Assembly (NCBI GenBank): GCA_913043225.1
Contig: CAJWLU010000011.1
Coordinates: 32,001-96,000, forward strand
Source: an uncultured Acidobacteriota bacterium
GTDB taxonomy: Bacteria > Acidobacteriota > Vicinamibacteria > Vicinamibacterales > UBA8438
Direction: 5' to 3'
DNA: 64,000 bases
Shown here: one piece after another, positions 1-9,001 of the stretch
Numbering within the stretch: position 1 is the stretch's first letter
How the letters are laid out: every line of letters starts with the position of its first letter
Translations under genes and position numbers: made by a program
The notes under the pieces: generated by a model
Database searches by the model: none
The model's input: the letters and a program-made list of their open reading frames with translations, nothing else
What the model was told of the DNA's origin: nothing

Positions 1-93
1 CAGCAACTCGACATCCCAGTCGTGGGAGTCTTTCATCTAATCGACGGCAAGATCGCTGAGTGGACCGACTTCGTCTTCGACATCGAGCTGTAA
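1..93 (+). CDS. 3' end of a SnoaL/limonene-1,2-epoxide hydrolase-like (NTF2-fold) protein, partial
   Basis: Frame 1 reads QQLDIPVVGVFHLIDGKIAEWTDFVFDIEL*, resembling the xPVxGVFxxxDGKIxxWxDY/F C-terminal pattern of this family; truncated by the window edge. Confidence 0.6.
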   Translation, partial: QQLDIPVVGVFHLIDGKIAEWTDFVFDIEL

Positions 94-128
94 TGCGGTT
101 TCTCCGCTAGGAGACAGGAGACAGAGCC

Positions 129-923
129 ATGCGCTACCTGCCAGCGCGAATCGCCCTACTAGCCGTGGTCGTGTCTGGCACCTCGCCCTTCACGGCAACG
201 GCGCAAGACTCCGAGACGAACCCCTACACCAGCCGGATCGACCTGCGGATGGGTCGCCGGGTCTTTCAGGCGCAATGCGCCAGCTGTCATGGGCTGAATG
301 CGCGGGGTGGCAACGAAAGCGTGGGCCCCGACCTAACGACTGGTCGATTCCAGCGAGCCGAATCCGACGGCGAACTCTACCGGGTCATCCGGGATGGAGT
401 GCAAGGCACGGCCATGGTCGGCACCGGCACCGATGCGCCAGAGCAAGAACTGTGGCAGATGGTCACCTACCTCCGCTCGCTCACTGAGGTGGCTGATGCC
501 CCACCAGGCTCCTCGGCCACCGGCCAGCAGCTCTTCACCGGAACCGGCAGCTGCGCCGACTGTCACATGGTGAACGGCGATGGCGGCCGGCGTGGCCCGG
601 ACCTGTCGAATATCGGCGACGACCGTACGCCTGATGACTTGCGCACTTCACTCACCGACCCCGACGCCGAAGTGCACCCCCGCTGGTGGACCATGCGGGC
701 GACCAACGGAAGCCAGGCCCACGAGGGGCTGCGCATGGGCGAGGACTCCTTCAGCTTCCGGATCATGGACGAGAACGAGCAGCTGCGGTCGTTCTCGAAA
801 TATGGCGACTGGACCTGGGAACGGAGCGAGCGCTCGACGATGCCAGCCTACGGCGACCAGCTGTCGACCCGGCAACTCGACGACCTCGTGGCGTATCTCT
901 TTTCTCTCCGGAGCGACCCCTAA
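129..923 (+). CDS. Exported diheme c-type cytochrome (putative partner of the downstream quinoprotein)
   Basis: Signal peptide; two CxxCH motifs (CASCH, CADCH); GPDL motifs; candidate distal Met ligands (TAMV, STMP); SD-like AGGAG upstream; stop overlaps the next start (TAATG). Confidence 0.9.
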   Translation: MRYLPARIALLAVVVSGTSPFTATAQDSETNPYTSRIDLRMGRRVFQAQCASCHGLNARGGNESVGPDLTTGRFQRAESDGELYRVIRDGVQGTAMVGTGTDAPEQELWQMVTYLRSLTEVADAPPGSSATGQQLFTGTGSCADCHMVNGDGGRRGPDLSNIGDDRTPDDLRTSLTDPDAEVHPRWWTMRATNGSQAHEGLRMGEDSFSFRIMDENEQLRSFSKYGDWTWERSERSTMPAYGDQLSTRQLDDLVAYLFSLRSDP

Positions 924-2557
924 TGACGATCCGCACGCTCGCCAGATACGTCACCTTGCTTGCCGTTCTCCCGTTCGCCGCACCGGCGGCGGCGCAGTCC
1001 GACGGCGAGGCCATCTTCTCCCCGGTCACCTGGGAACGTCTCCTCAACGCCGCAGACGAGCCGCACAACTGGCTCATGTACAACGGCACACTGGACAGCC
1101 AGCGGTTCAGCGGACTGGATCAAATCAACCGCGAGACCGTCACCGGGCTCACGTTGAAGTGGACCCATCAGATCCGACAGCTCGACCGGAACGAGACCAC
1201 CCCACTAGTGGTAGACGGAGTGATGTTCATCACCGAGTCGCCGAGCAACTTAGTGGCGGTGGATGCCGTGAACGGCCAGCCGTTCTGGCGCTACGACCAT
1301 CCCCTGCCAGGCGACCTGCGCATCTGCTGCGGCCGAAACAACCGCGGTGTGGCCATCCTCGATGAAACGCTCTACATGAGCACGCTCGATGCCCATCTGG
1401 TGGCCATCGACGGCCGTTCGGGGAGCCTGCTGTGGAACCGCGAAGTCGCCAACCATGAGAGCGGCTACAGCAAGACCGCAGCACCGCTCATCGTCAAGAA
1501 CCAAGTGGTCACCGGGATCGCCGGAGGTGAGTACGGTGTCCGGGGTTTCCTCGACTCGTACGACCCCGCCTCGGGTGAGCTCAAGTGGCGCACCTACACG
1601 ATTCCTGGCCCCGACCATCCAGACAATCAATCGTGGGCCGGAGACTCATGGCGCACGGGCGGATCTCCGACCTGGCTCACCGGCTCCTACGACCCGGAGC
1701 TTAACCTCGTCTACTGGGGCACCGGCAACCCTGGACCTGACTGGAATGGCGACGTCCGGATGGGTGACAACCTCTACTCGGACTCGGTGCTGGCGCTCAA
1801 CGGCGACACCGGTGAAATGTCCTGGCACTTCCAGTTCACGCCGCACGACGAGCACGACTGGGACGCCATCCAGATTCCCGTGCTCGCCGACATCGAGGTC
1901 GACGGCGAGGCCCGCAAGGCGATGCTCTGGGCGAACCGGAACGCGTTCTACTACACCCTCGATCGAGAAACCGGTGAGTTCCTTCTCGGGAAAGAATTCG
2001 CGCATCAGACGTGGGCCGAGGGGCTCGACGCCAATGGGCGGCCGATCCGGCGCCCGGGAACCAAGCCCAGCACAGAAGGGACACTCGTCGCACCGATCGC
2101 CGGAGGCGGCACCAACTGGTGGTCGCCCGCATACAGTCCGCGAACAGGTCTGCTGTACGTGAACGCATTCGATGGCGAGGCTCTCTTCTTCAACCGTGAG
2201 GAAGAATACAGCGAGGGCGACACCTTCCTGGGTGGCGGCACCGAAACGCCACTGCCGATCGACAACTATCACAGCGCCATCCGGGCCATCGACCCGACGA
2301 CCGGGGACATCAAATGGGAGTTCCCGATCACTCCGCGGAGCCGCTCGGGTGTATTAGCCACCGCGGGCGACCTGGTCTTCGCAGCCGGGGCCGAAGGTAT
2401 CCTCTTTGCGCTGGACGCAGAGACCGGCGAGCCGGTCTGGCACATCCCGCTCGGTGGACCAGTGAACGCCCAGCCGATGACTTACGCCGTCAGCGGCCAG
2501 CAATATGTAACGATGCCGGTAGGCAACGTGGTCTACACGTTCGGCCTGGGCAACTAG
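923..2557 (+). CDS. PQQ-dependent dehydrogenase, methanol/ethanol family beta-propeller
   Basis: Start reassigned to ATG 923 (signal peptide MTIRTLARYVTLLAV...); vicinal Cys (ICCGRNNRG), GGEYG, WGTGNPGP and HDEHDWDA motifs; Trp-docking repeats. Confidence 0.92.
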   Translation: MTIRTLARYVTLLAVLPFAAPAAAQSDGEAIFSPVTWERLLNAADEPHNWLMYNGTLDSQRFSGLDQINRETVTGLTLKWTHQIRQLDRNETTPLVVDGVMFITESPSNLVAVDAVNGQPFWRYDHPLPGDLRICCGRNNRGVAILDETLYMSTLDAHLVAIDGRSGSLLWNREVANHESGYSKTAAPLIVKNQVVTGIAGGEYGVRGFLDSYDPASGELKWRTYTIPGPDHPDNQSWAGDSWRTGGSPTWLTGSYDPELNLVYWGTGNPGPDWNGDVRMGDNLYSDSVLALNGDTGEMSWHFQFTPHDEHDWDAIQIPVLADIEVDGEARKAMLWANRNAFYYTLDRETGEFLLGKEFAHQTWAEGLDANGRPIRRPGTKPSTEGTLVAPIAGGGTNWWSPAYSPRTGLLYVNAFDGEALFFNREEEYSEGDTFLGGGTETPLPIDNYHSAIRAIDPTTGDIKWEFPITPRSRSGVLATAGDLVFAAGAEGILFALDAETGEPVWHIPLGGPVNAQPMTYAVSGQQYVTMPVGNVVYTFGLGN

Positions 2558-3333
2558 GTACACCAGCGCGCGATGCGGGCGAGGACGTCTTCGGTGACGG
2601 CGGCCTCCCCCGCCGCCACCGCTTTCAAGAGCGACGCCTTGGGCGCCTTCAGCGTGGTCGTATCGTCGAGGTGCGGCCGGAGGTAGATCAACCGATCGGT
2701 CTCCGCAAGTGGCGCGCCGCGGCTGCGGCAATCGGAGGCGATGAGATGGGTCGCCGCCAGAGGCGGCATCGTGGCAAACCCCACCGGCAGCGAATCACTA
2801 ACGCCTCCGTCGGTAAACTCGCTCACCTCGCCACGATAGCGGATCGGCTGGGCCGCGAACATGTCGGGCACCGCCGCGCTCGTCGCCACCGCGTCATAGA
2901 GCCGGACGCCGCCGTCGTCGCCGGTGGCTAGGTAACGGGGACGATCGTGGGTCAGGTCGTGGCACACGACGCCGATGGCCGATACACCATGATGCAAACG
3001 ATCGAAGCGACTCGCCTCGAGTTGGCCAAGGCGGGACGGAATGATCCCGGCAAACGGGTCGACCAGTGGCCGGCACCAAGCGGGCACCCGCACGGCAAAG
3101 CTGTGCGCCACCAGGTGCCGCCCCTTAAACACGGCGGCGTCAGCCAGCATCTCGTCGACCGTCAACCCGACGGCCGCATAGTAGCCGGCAATGACGGCGC
3201 CGGCGCTCACCCCCACCATCACATCGACCGAGACGCCCTCGGCCGCCAACCGGCGTACGACACCGAGATGGGCGGCACCGCGCAGGCCGCCAGCCGACAG
3301 CACCAGCCCAATACGAGAGCATTCGTCGGTCAC
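2554..3333 (-). CDS. Patatin-like phospholipase
   Basis: GGLRG oxyanion motif, GVSAG nucleophile elbow and DGG catalytic Asp motif. Confidence 0.9.
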   Translation of the reverse strand: MTDECSRIGLVLSAGGLRGAAHLGVVRRLAAEGVSVDVMVGVSAGAVIAGYYAAVGLTVDEMLADAAVFKGRHLVAHSFAVRVPAWCRPLVDPFAGIIPSRLGQLEASRFDRLHHGVSAIGVVCHDLTHDRPRYLATGDDGGVRLYDAVATSAAVPDMFAAQPIRYRGEVSEFTDGGVSDSLPVGFATMPPLAATHLIASDCRSRGAPLAETDRLIYLRPHLDDTTTLKAPKASLLKAVAAGEAAVTEDVLARIARWCT

Positions 3334-3561
3334 GTTCGCCGATTATCGCTGAGCCGTGTAACGTTTGGCGGCCGCCCTGTCTTGCTCCGCAAAGGCACGA
3401 GTAGGAATGACACCGCCACTCGATCAGGCCAGACGGGTCGATCATCAGCCCACTCGCTGACTCCACGACCGGTTAATGATCCGGTATTGCGTCGGCACGG
3501 CTGGTGCGCGATCATGGGCAAACAAGAGTATCGCGCTTCACCACGCACCTAGGAGGGTCCG

Positions 3562-4611
3562 ATGCGCCACCGGCACTTCGCGGCGTCGACTATCACGGTC
3601 GTGCTTCTCGGCTGGCTTTCGCCGGCCTCCGCGTGGGCGCAGGGCCCGGCGACAGTGCCGGTGGCAGACGATTCGGCCCCCCGGATGGCTGACGGCCGTC
3701 CCGACCTGACGGGGTACTGGACAACCCAGACCTTCACGCCGATGGAGCGTCCGGATTATCTGGGCAACCAGGCGTTCTACACAGAAGAAGAGTTCGAATT
3801 GCTGCAGCGGCAGCTCACTGTGGACGGTGCGGACCCGCTGGCCCGTTTCGTCATCAACATCGGCGATGCCGAGGAACGTAAGCGCGTCCTGAACCAGACA
3901 CACCGGGATGAGGATTACGTCCACTACGACAACGCGATCTGGCTCGCCACCCGGGTACCGAAGGGGCTGTCCACCCGCCGGACCTCGCTGGTCAGCGACC
4001 CGCCAAACGGCAAGATCCCACCGCGCAACGCCGAGGCGCAGGCGCGCGCGGCCGAGCGTCGGGCAGCACGGGCAGGCCTGGATCTGTTCTCCGACCACCT
4101 GCTTCGCCCGCTAAGTGAGCGGTGCATTTACTACGGCTACAACGGGCCTCCGCTCCAGCCGCCGTCCTACAACGACGTGCACCAGATTTTTCAGACCGCC
4201 GACCACGTGGTGATCTTCACCGAGCAGAACAACAATCCGCCGCGCATCATCCCGCTCGACGGTCGCCCGCCGATCTCTAACAAGATCCGGCTGTATCCTG
4301 GCGATTCTCGCGGCCACTGGGAGGGCGATACGCTGGTGGTCGACACCACGCACTTCAATGACGTGACCGCCTGGCAAGGATCGAGCCGCCACATGCAGGT
4401 CCAAGAACGGTTCACTCGAACCAGCGCTGACAGCATCCACTATGAGTTCACGGTCGAAGACCCTCACACCTGGAATGTCCCGTGGAGCGCAGAGATTCCG
4501 ATGGTGACCACCGACGGTCCCGTCTACGAATATGGCTGTCATGAAGGGAACCACGACCTACGCCACATCCTCGAGGTGTATCGCAACCTCGAGAAGCAGA
4601 ACGCCAGATAG
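3562..4611 (+). CDS. Exported protein of unknown function (family common in Acidobacteria)
   Basis: AGGAGG SD; signal peptide ending AWA-Q; motifs PDLTGYW, GDSRGHWEGDTLVVDT and EYGCHEGN. Confidence 0.8.
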   Translation: MRHRHFAASTITVVLLGWLSPASAWAQGPATVPVADDSAPRMADGRPDLTGYWTTQTFTPMERPDYLGNQAFYTEEEFELLQRQLTVDGADPLARFVINIGDAEERKRVLNQTHRDEDYVHYDNAIWLATRVPKGLSTRRTSLVSDPPNGKIPPRNAEAQARAAERRAARAGLDLFSDHLLRPLSERCIYYGYNGPPLQPPSYNDVHQIFQTADHVVIFTEQNNNPPRIIPLDGRPPISNKIRLYPGDSRGHWEGDTLVVDTTHFNDVTAWQGSSRHMQVQERFTRTSADSIHYEFTVEDPHTWNVPWSAEIPMVTTDGPVYEYGCHEGNHDLRHILEVYRNLEKQNAR

Positions 4612-4679
4612 GCGGGTAAATTGCCCTCCCCTCGCCACATAGATCCCACCAACGCGCCTGCGACGGCCGCTCAGCCGCT

Positions 4680-4849
4680 ATCGTGGGCAACTGGAAGGAC
4701 ACGCTGGAGGTACCGGGCGACCCGCACTACCCCTCGTCTCCCACATCACCGGCGCCGCGCCGGAATACTCCCTCATCGAGGGAACGATGGCTCGGCAGCT
4801 GCTTGAAACCGTAATCGGCTGGATCCTCGAACGCTTCTCTGTCCAGTAG
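4680..4849 (+). pseudogene. Remnant of an alpha/beta-hydrolase C-terminus
   Basis: Two frames give IVGNWKDTLEVP and TGAAPEYSLIEGTMARQLLETVIGWILERF*, resembling the GxKDxQVP...TGxPxEYxxIEETxAPxxLxxIxxWI tail of exported alpha/beta hydrolases; no start, frameshifted. Confidence 0.5.
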
Positions 4850-4923
4850 TCCCTCCTCTATCTGGATTCGCGTCGACGTTCGACACTGCCGACAGACCCA
4901 GGCATCATGGTGACGTCGGAATC

Positions 4924-5715
4924 GTGCCCAACCGAACTTTTTTCCGTGAGTGGAGCCGTCGATGGATGGCCGCCATCCTCCTAGGCGTGGTGTGCGTGGT
5001 CGGCGTCTCGGCACAATTCGGCTACCGAGGATGGGGTCGGCGGGAGCTCACCTACGACGGGCGCTTCACCTTCGTCCGATTGCGGTGGACGCGAGGCACG
5101 TTCGGCTCGATGCCGCTCGGACGCGGCATCAACATGTGGCTCCACGAGTTCCCCAGCGCCGAAGCGAATCTGATGTCAGTGCTCGGCGAGTACACGGCGG
5201 TCAACGCCCGTACCGACACCAGTCTTATCCTGAGTCTCGATGACGACGAGCTCTTCCGCTACCCGGCGGCGATGATGTGGGAACCAGGATTCTGGGTAAT
5301 GACCGACGAGCAGGCGGGCCGACTGAGGGACTACATGCACAAGGGCGGATTCCTCATCTTCAACGACTTCGAGGGCCAGCAGTGGGAAAACTTCGAGGCC
5401 CAGCTCAAGCGCGTCCTGCCGGACGCCCAGCTGATGGAGCTCGACGGTACTCACCCGGTCTTCAACCTCCTGTTCGAGGTGGGCAAGGTCGACATACCCA
5501 ATCCACCCAATCACCACCTAGGCGGACTGGTCCCGAAGTTCTTCGGGGTGTTCGAGGAAAACGACCCAAGCGGACGGATGCTGGCCCTCGTGAACTACGA
5601 TACGAATCTCGGAGAATACTGGCAGCTTGCTGGCACGGGTCTACTGCCGTTCGAGGCCGAGAACCACGGCTTCCAGCTCGGCATCAACTACATGCTGTAC
5701 GGGATGACCCACTGA
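4924..5715 (+). CDS. DUF4159-domain protein
   Basis: Signal-like N-terminus; FTFVRLRW, LRDYMHKGGFLIFNDF, HPVF and LGINYMLYGMTH C-terminus typical of DUF4159; start may be ATG ~4963-4966. Confidence 0.8.
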   Translation: MPNRTFFREWSRRWMAAILLGVVCVVGVSAQFGYRGWGRRELTYDGRFTFVRLRWTRGTFGSMPLGRGINMWLHEFPSAEANLMSVLGEYTAVNARTDTSLILSLDDDELFRYPAAMMWEPGFWVMTDEQAGRLRDYMHKGGFLIFNDFEGQQWENFEAQLKRVLPDAQLMELDGTHPVFNLLFEVGKVDIPNPPNHHLGGLVPKFFGVFEENDPSGRMLALVNYDTNLGEYWQLAGTGLLPFEAENHGFQLGINYMLYGMTH

Positions 5716-5811
5716 CACCCCAGTCCACTGGCGGCTCATCATTCGCACGGTCGCGTTCATTAAGATAGGGGCAGGCTTTGTAGTCTCTGGCGACCGCCGC
5801 CACCCACGACG

Positions 5812-7260
5812 ATGTCACACGCGCCATATCTCCGGGGCTCGACGAATGCCGCCACCCGATGCGGCCTAGGAGCGATAGTGATGGGCGTCATCGGGGCAAC
5901 TCTGCTCTCGCTCGAAGCGGCCCCACAACCCCCGATCATCCCGCTCCCCTCGAACCCGTCCAACTGGCCCGGGTGGGCTCTTGTCTACGAGGAGGACTTT
6001 TCCACCCCGACCAACGCTGAGCTCACATCGTGGCTCCCGGATGAGACGTTCGCTCCCTTCGACACGATTCTCGATGACCGCGGGGTCTGGTATCAGAATG
6101 ACTACGGTCCGGCCTGGCAGACGGCGTTCGATTCGTTCGACACCTATCGGCGGGAGTTCACGGTAGGCCAGGACGGCTGGCTGACCGTATCGCTCTCAGC
6201 TCGGGACTGGAACCGTGACGGCGTGATCGAATCGCCGCCGTCGTTCCAAACAGCACCCCTCGGCGACGATCACGTCGCCGTCCTCGACGTGCCAGACCAT
6301 ACGGGCGGGGTCATCATCCGGTCGACCGATCCGCTCCCCCCCTACTACCGCGTCCAGTACTCCCTCCGCACACTCGACTTCGGGGGACAGCGAGCAGGCA
6401 GTATCGAATACGACGGACGGCTTAACGGCTACGCTCGCGACGACTGCAAAACCCAGCACCCGTGGGGAGAGGGGTCGCGCACGCCCGGCTGGAGCGGCGA
6501 CGCCTCGGCACCCCTCTGTGATTGGCAGAGTGTCCGCGAAGGCCCCTACGCCTACAATGGTTTTCACTTCCTCGCGATCGTCGACGTACTCGACCCGGCG
6601 CCTCGCAACAACCACTTTTGGCACCTGCGGCGCAAGGTCTTGATGGATGCGTTCTCGCAACATCCGGACCGGGTGGGCGATGGCACCGGGGGCCGGGTAT
6701 GCAACGCAGCGACCGGCACCTACTACGATTACCGGGACAGCAGTTTCAATACGCTGAATATGTGGATCAACGGACTCCCAGACTGGACACCAGCCCCGGG
6801 CGGGCTGCCCGCCAACAGTCAGTGGTTCATGACCCCCTGCTCCAACGGGGTCGCCGAACCAGTCCTGTCGTCGGCCGCTGAGCTTCTGCCGGAGTTGATG
6901 CCTGGGGAGTCGTACCGGTTCGCGATCGAACGGACGGAGACCGGCTACACACTGGAGGCCACCGGCAACTTCGCCCGGGTCGGCCGACGATCTATCCGCC
7001 TGCATCGGCCCTTCGTCGTCGACGAGGTCCCGATCTGGCACTACAACGTTGAGGCGACCCAGTATGACGGACGTTTCGACGGGACCCTGATGCAACAGGA
7101 TACTTTCGGCTCGGCACGCTGGGAGCACTTGTGGCCGGCGGGATCCGCATACCCCGAGCACTTCATCATCGGCGATCCCTACACCAACGCCTACGAAGGT
7201 CGAGCCAGCCTAACCGACATCCGGCTCTATATCCGCACGCCCGCCACCACACGTGACTAA
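5812..7260 (+). CDS. Exported hypothetical protein, possibly a beta-sandwich (ConA/GH16-like) carbohydrate-active fold
   Basis: 482-aa ORF with good codon bias; hydrophobic leader; LVYEEDF start and xDIRLY end as in jelly-roll domains; Trp/Tyr rich. Confidence 0.65.
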   Translation: MSHAPYLRGSTNAATRCGLGAIVMGVIGATLLSLEAAPQPPIIPLPSNPSNWPGWALVYEEDFSTPTNAELTSWLPDETFAPFDTILDDRGVWYQNDYGPAWQTAFDSFDTYRREFTVGQDGWLTVSLSARDWNRDGVIESPPSFQTAPLGDDHVAVLDVPDHTGGVIIRSTDPLPPYYRVQYSLRTLDFGGQRAGSIEYDGRLNGYARDDCKTQHPWGEGSRTPGWSGDASAPLCDWQSVREGPYAYNGFHFLAIVDVLDPAPRNNHFWHLRRKVLMDAFSQHPDRVGDGTGGRVCNAATGTYYDYRDSSFNTLNMWINGLPDWTPAPGGLPANSQWFMTPCSNGVAEPVLSSAAELLPELMPGESYRFAIERTETGYTLEATGNFARVGRRSIRLHRPFVVDEVPIWHYNVEATQYDGRFDGTLMQQDTFGSARWEHLWPAGSAYPEHFIIGDPYTNAYEGRASLTDIRLYIRTPATTRD

Positions 7261-7970
7261 TCGGACGTCTGAGGCCTCTCCCCAGCGAGGGTCAGACGAT
7301 GGCCGAAGTGAGTACGAAGCCGCAACCACCCGAGGCCCGCACACTCAATGAGCGGTGTCAGTTCGTCAACGCGGAACGCCCGGCGCACCGATAGCGGTCC
7401 GTCATGTCGCAGCACCTCGTTGAACGGGCGGGTAAACAGCCAGCTCCAGATGAGGTGTCGGCGGCGACGGATAAGGTCGTTCACCACAATGCCACGCCGG
7501 GCTAGCCGATCGAAGACCTGGAGCGTCGACACCACCTGGTCATCGGTGAGGTGATGAAGAAAGAGCGAGCAGGTGACGTAGTCGAACGTGTGATCCAGGC
7601 AGGGCGCCGCGTGGAAGTCGGCGCGTACGAACCGCAGACACGGATCGACAGAATCCCGGCGCCGAGCACAGTCGAGGGCCGTCGGGCTGAGATCGAGACC
7701 GGTGACCCGCAGGTCGAACCCCTGTCGGCGGCCCCAGTCGATCAGCGCGCGCGCTAGATCGCCGCCCCCGCACGCAACTTCGAGCACCTCTATCCGCTGC
7801 CCCGGTCGCCAGGACTGGCTGAGCTCAGCGAATCGGGTGAGCGTAGCGTGCGTCCCGCCCAGCCACCGGCCGATAGCGCCCAGAAACCGGTAGACCTCGT
7901 CGACAACCGGTTGCGGATACTCCCGGTCGTCCATCAGCTCCCGGGCACGCGACCGAGTGGCCAGCGACAT
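7257..7970 (-). CDS. Class I SAM-dependent methyltransferase (type III PKS-associated)
   Basis: Start at ATG 7970 overlapping the upstream stop; ELMDD, VLEVACGGGD, CSLFLHH, NDLIR and HDGPLSVRRAF motifs. Confidence 0.9.
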   Translation of the reverse strand: MSLATRSRARELMDDREYPQPVVDEVYRFLGAIGRWLGGTHATLTRFAELSQSWRPGQRIEVLEVACGGGDLARALIDWGRRQGFDLRVTGLDLSPTALDCARRRDSVDPCLRFVRADFHAAPCLDHTFDYVTCSLFLHHLTDDQVVSTLQVFDRLARRGIVVNDLIRRRRHLIWSWLFTRPFNEVLRHDGPLSVRRAFRVDELTPLIECAGLGWLRLRTHFGHRLTLAGERPQTSD

Positions 7971-9001
7971 CACTTCGCTCGGAGAGGGTCGGCCCCCGGC
8001 TCGAGAGCAACTTCGAGCAGCAAGGGGACCACGCCAGAGAAATCTCGCAGAAACCAGGCGGCGCGTCGCTCGGTTCGCGACAGCCACAGCATGAGACGTC
8101 CAAGACGCCGGGCTCGGCGGCCGCGGGCGAGTCTCCGACTCTGATACTGTCCGAGGCGGCCCGTTAGGATGGCGTCGGCGGCGAGCTCGGTCGAGGAAAG
8201 CGCGAGGGCCATCCCATCACCCGTAATCGGGTCGGGACAGCCGGCCGCATCGCCGGCCAGTAGCAATTGACGCTCGTGGTCGACAATTCGTGGCACCCGT
8301 AGCCCGAGCGGCGCCGAGGCAAGCATGGGCGTCGTCTGCTCAAATCCCTCCACCCGATCGCGCAACCCGGGCAAGGTGCCGAGCAGGTGCCTGAGGCCAT
8401 CGCGCCGAAAGTGTCGGTAGTCGAAGAGTCCGGCAACCAACGTCTCACCATCGCCCGCCGGCGCCACATAGATCTCCCCGTGGTCGTGAAAGAAGACCTC
8501 GACGCGGTCTTTGACCCCAGCAATCCCGCGCACGTGAGTCGACAGCCCGACCCGGCGAGGTCGATCCGGAATGGCAGGAAGCAGACGATGAAACCGGGAC
8601 CGCGTCCCGTCGGCCCCCACGAGCACCCGACCGCGTTCGCCGCAAAACTCGGTGCCTACGCGAACGTCCACGCCGGCCGTCTCTCTTGCCTGGGTGAAGA
8701 GCCATGTATCCAGCCGGTCACGTCGCACGACCAGACCAGTCCCGGCCGGGAAGTCGACGTCCACCGTCTCCCCACCGGCCGAGAACCGCAGCCCGCGGAC
8801 CCGCGGCGCGTCGGGTACCCCAATCAGCCGTTCGAGGGCAGCGACTCCATGGGGCAACAGTCCCTCGCCACACGGCTTCAAACGCGGAAACGTCGCCTTT
8901 TCGTACAGCACGACACGCGCGCCCGCTCGGCCGAGCGCGATCGCCAACGAACTGCCGGCCGGACCGCCGCCCACGATAGTGACGTCAGGTTGTCTGGTCA
9001 C
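7970..9001 (-). CDS. FAD-dependent oxidoreductase/monooxygenase (geranylgeranyl reductase-like)
   Basis: IVGGGPAG dinucleotide fold, KPCGEG, GADG and GDAAGCPDPITGDGM motifs. Confidence 0.9.
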   Translation of the reverse strand: MTRQPDVTIVGGGPAGSSLAIALGRAGARVVLYEKATFPRLKPCGEGLLPHGVAALERLIGVPDAPRVRGLRFSAGGETVDVDFPAGTGLVVRRDRLDTWLFTQARETAGVDVRVGTEFCGERGRVLVGADGTRSRFHRLLPAIPDRPRRVGLSTHVRGIAGVKDRVEVFFHDHGEIYVAPAGDGETLVAGLFDYRHFRRDGLRHLLGTLPGLRDRVEGFEQTTPMLASAPLGLRVPRIVDHERQLLLAGDAAGCPDPITGDGMALALSSTELAADAILTGRLGQYQSRRLARGRRARRLGRLMLWLSRTERRAAWFLRDFSGVVPLLLEVALEPGADPLRAK

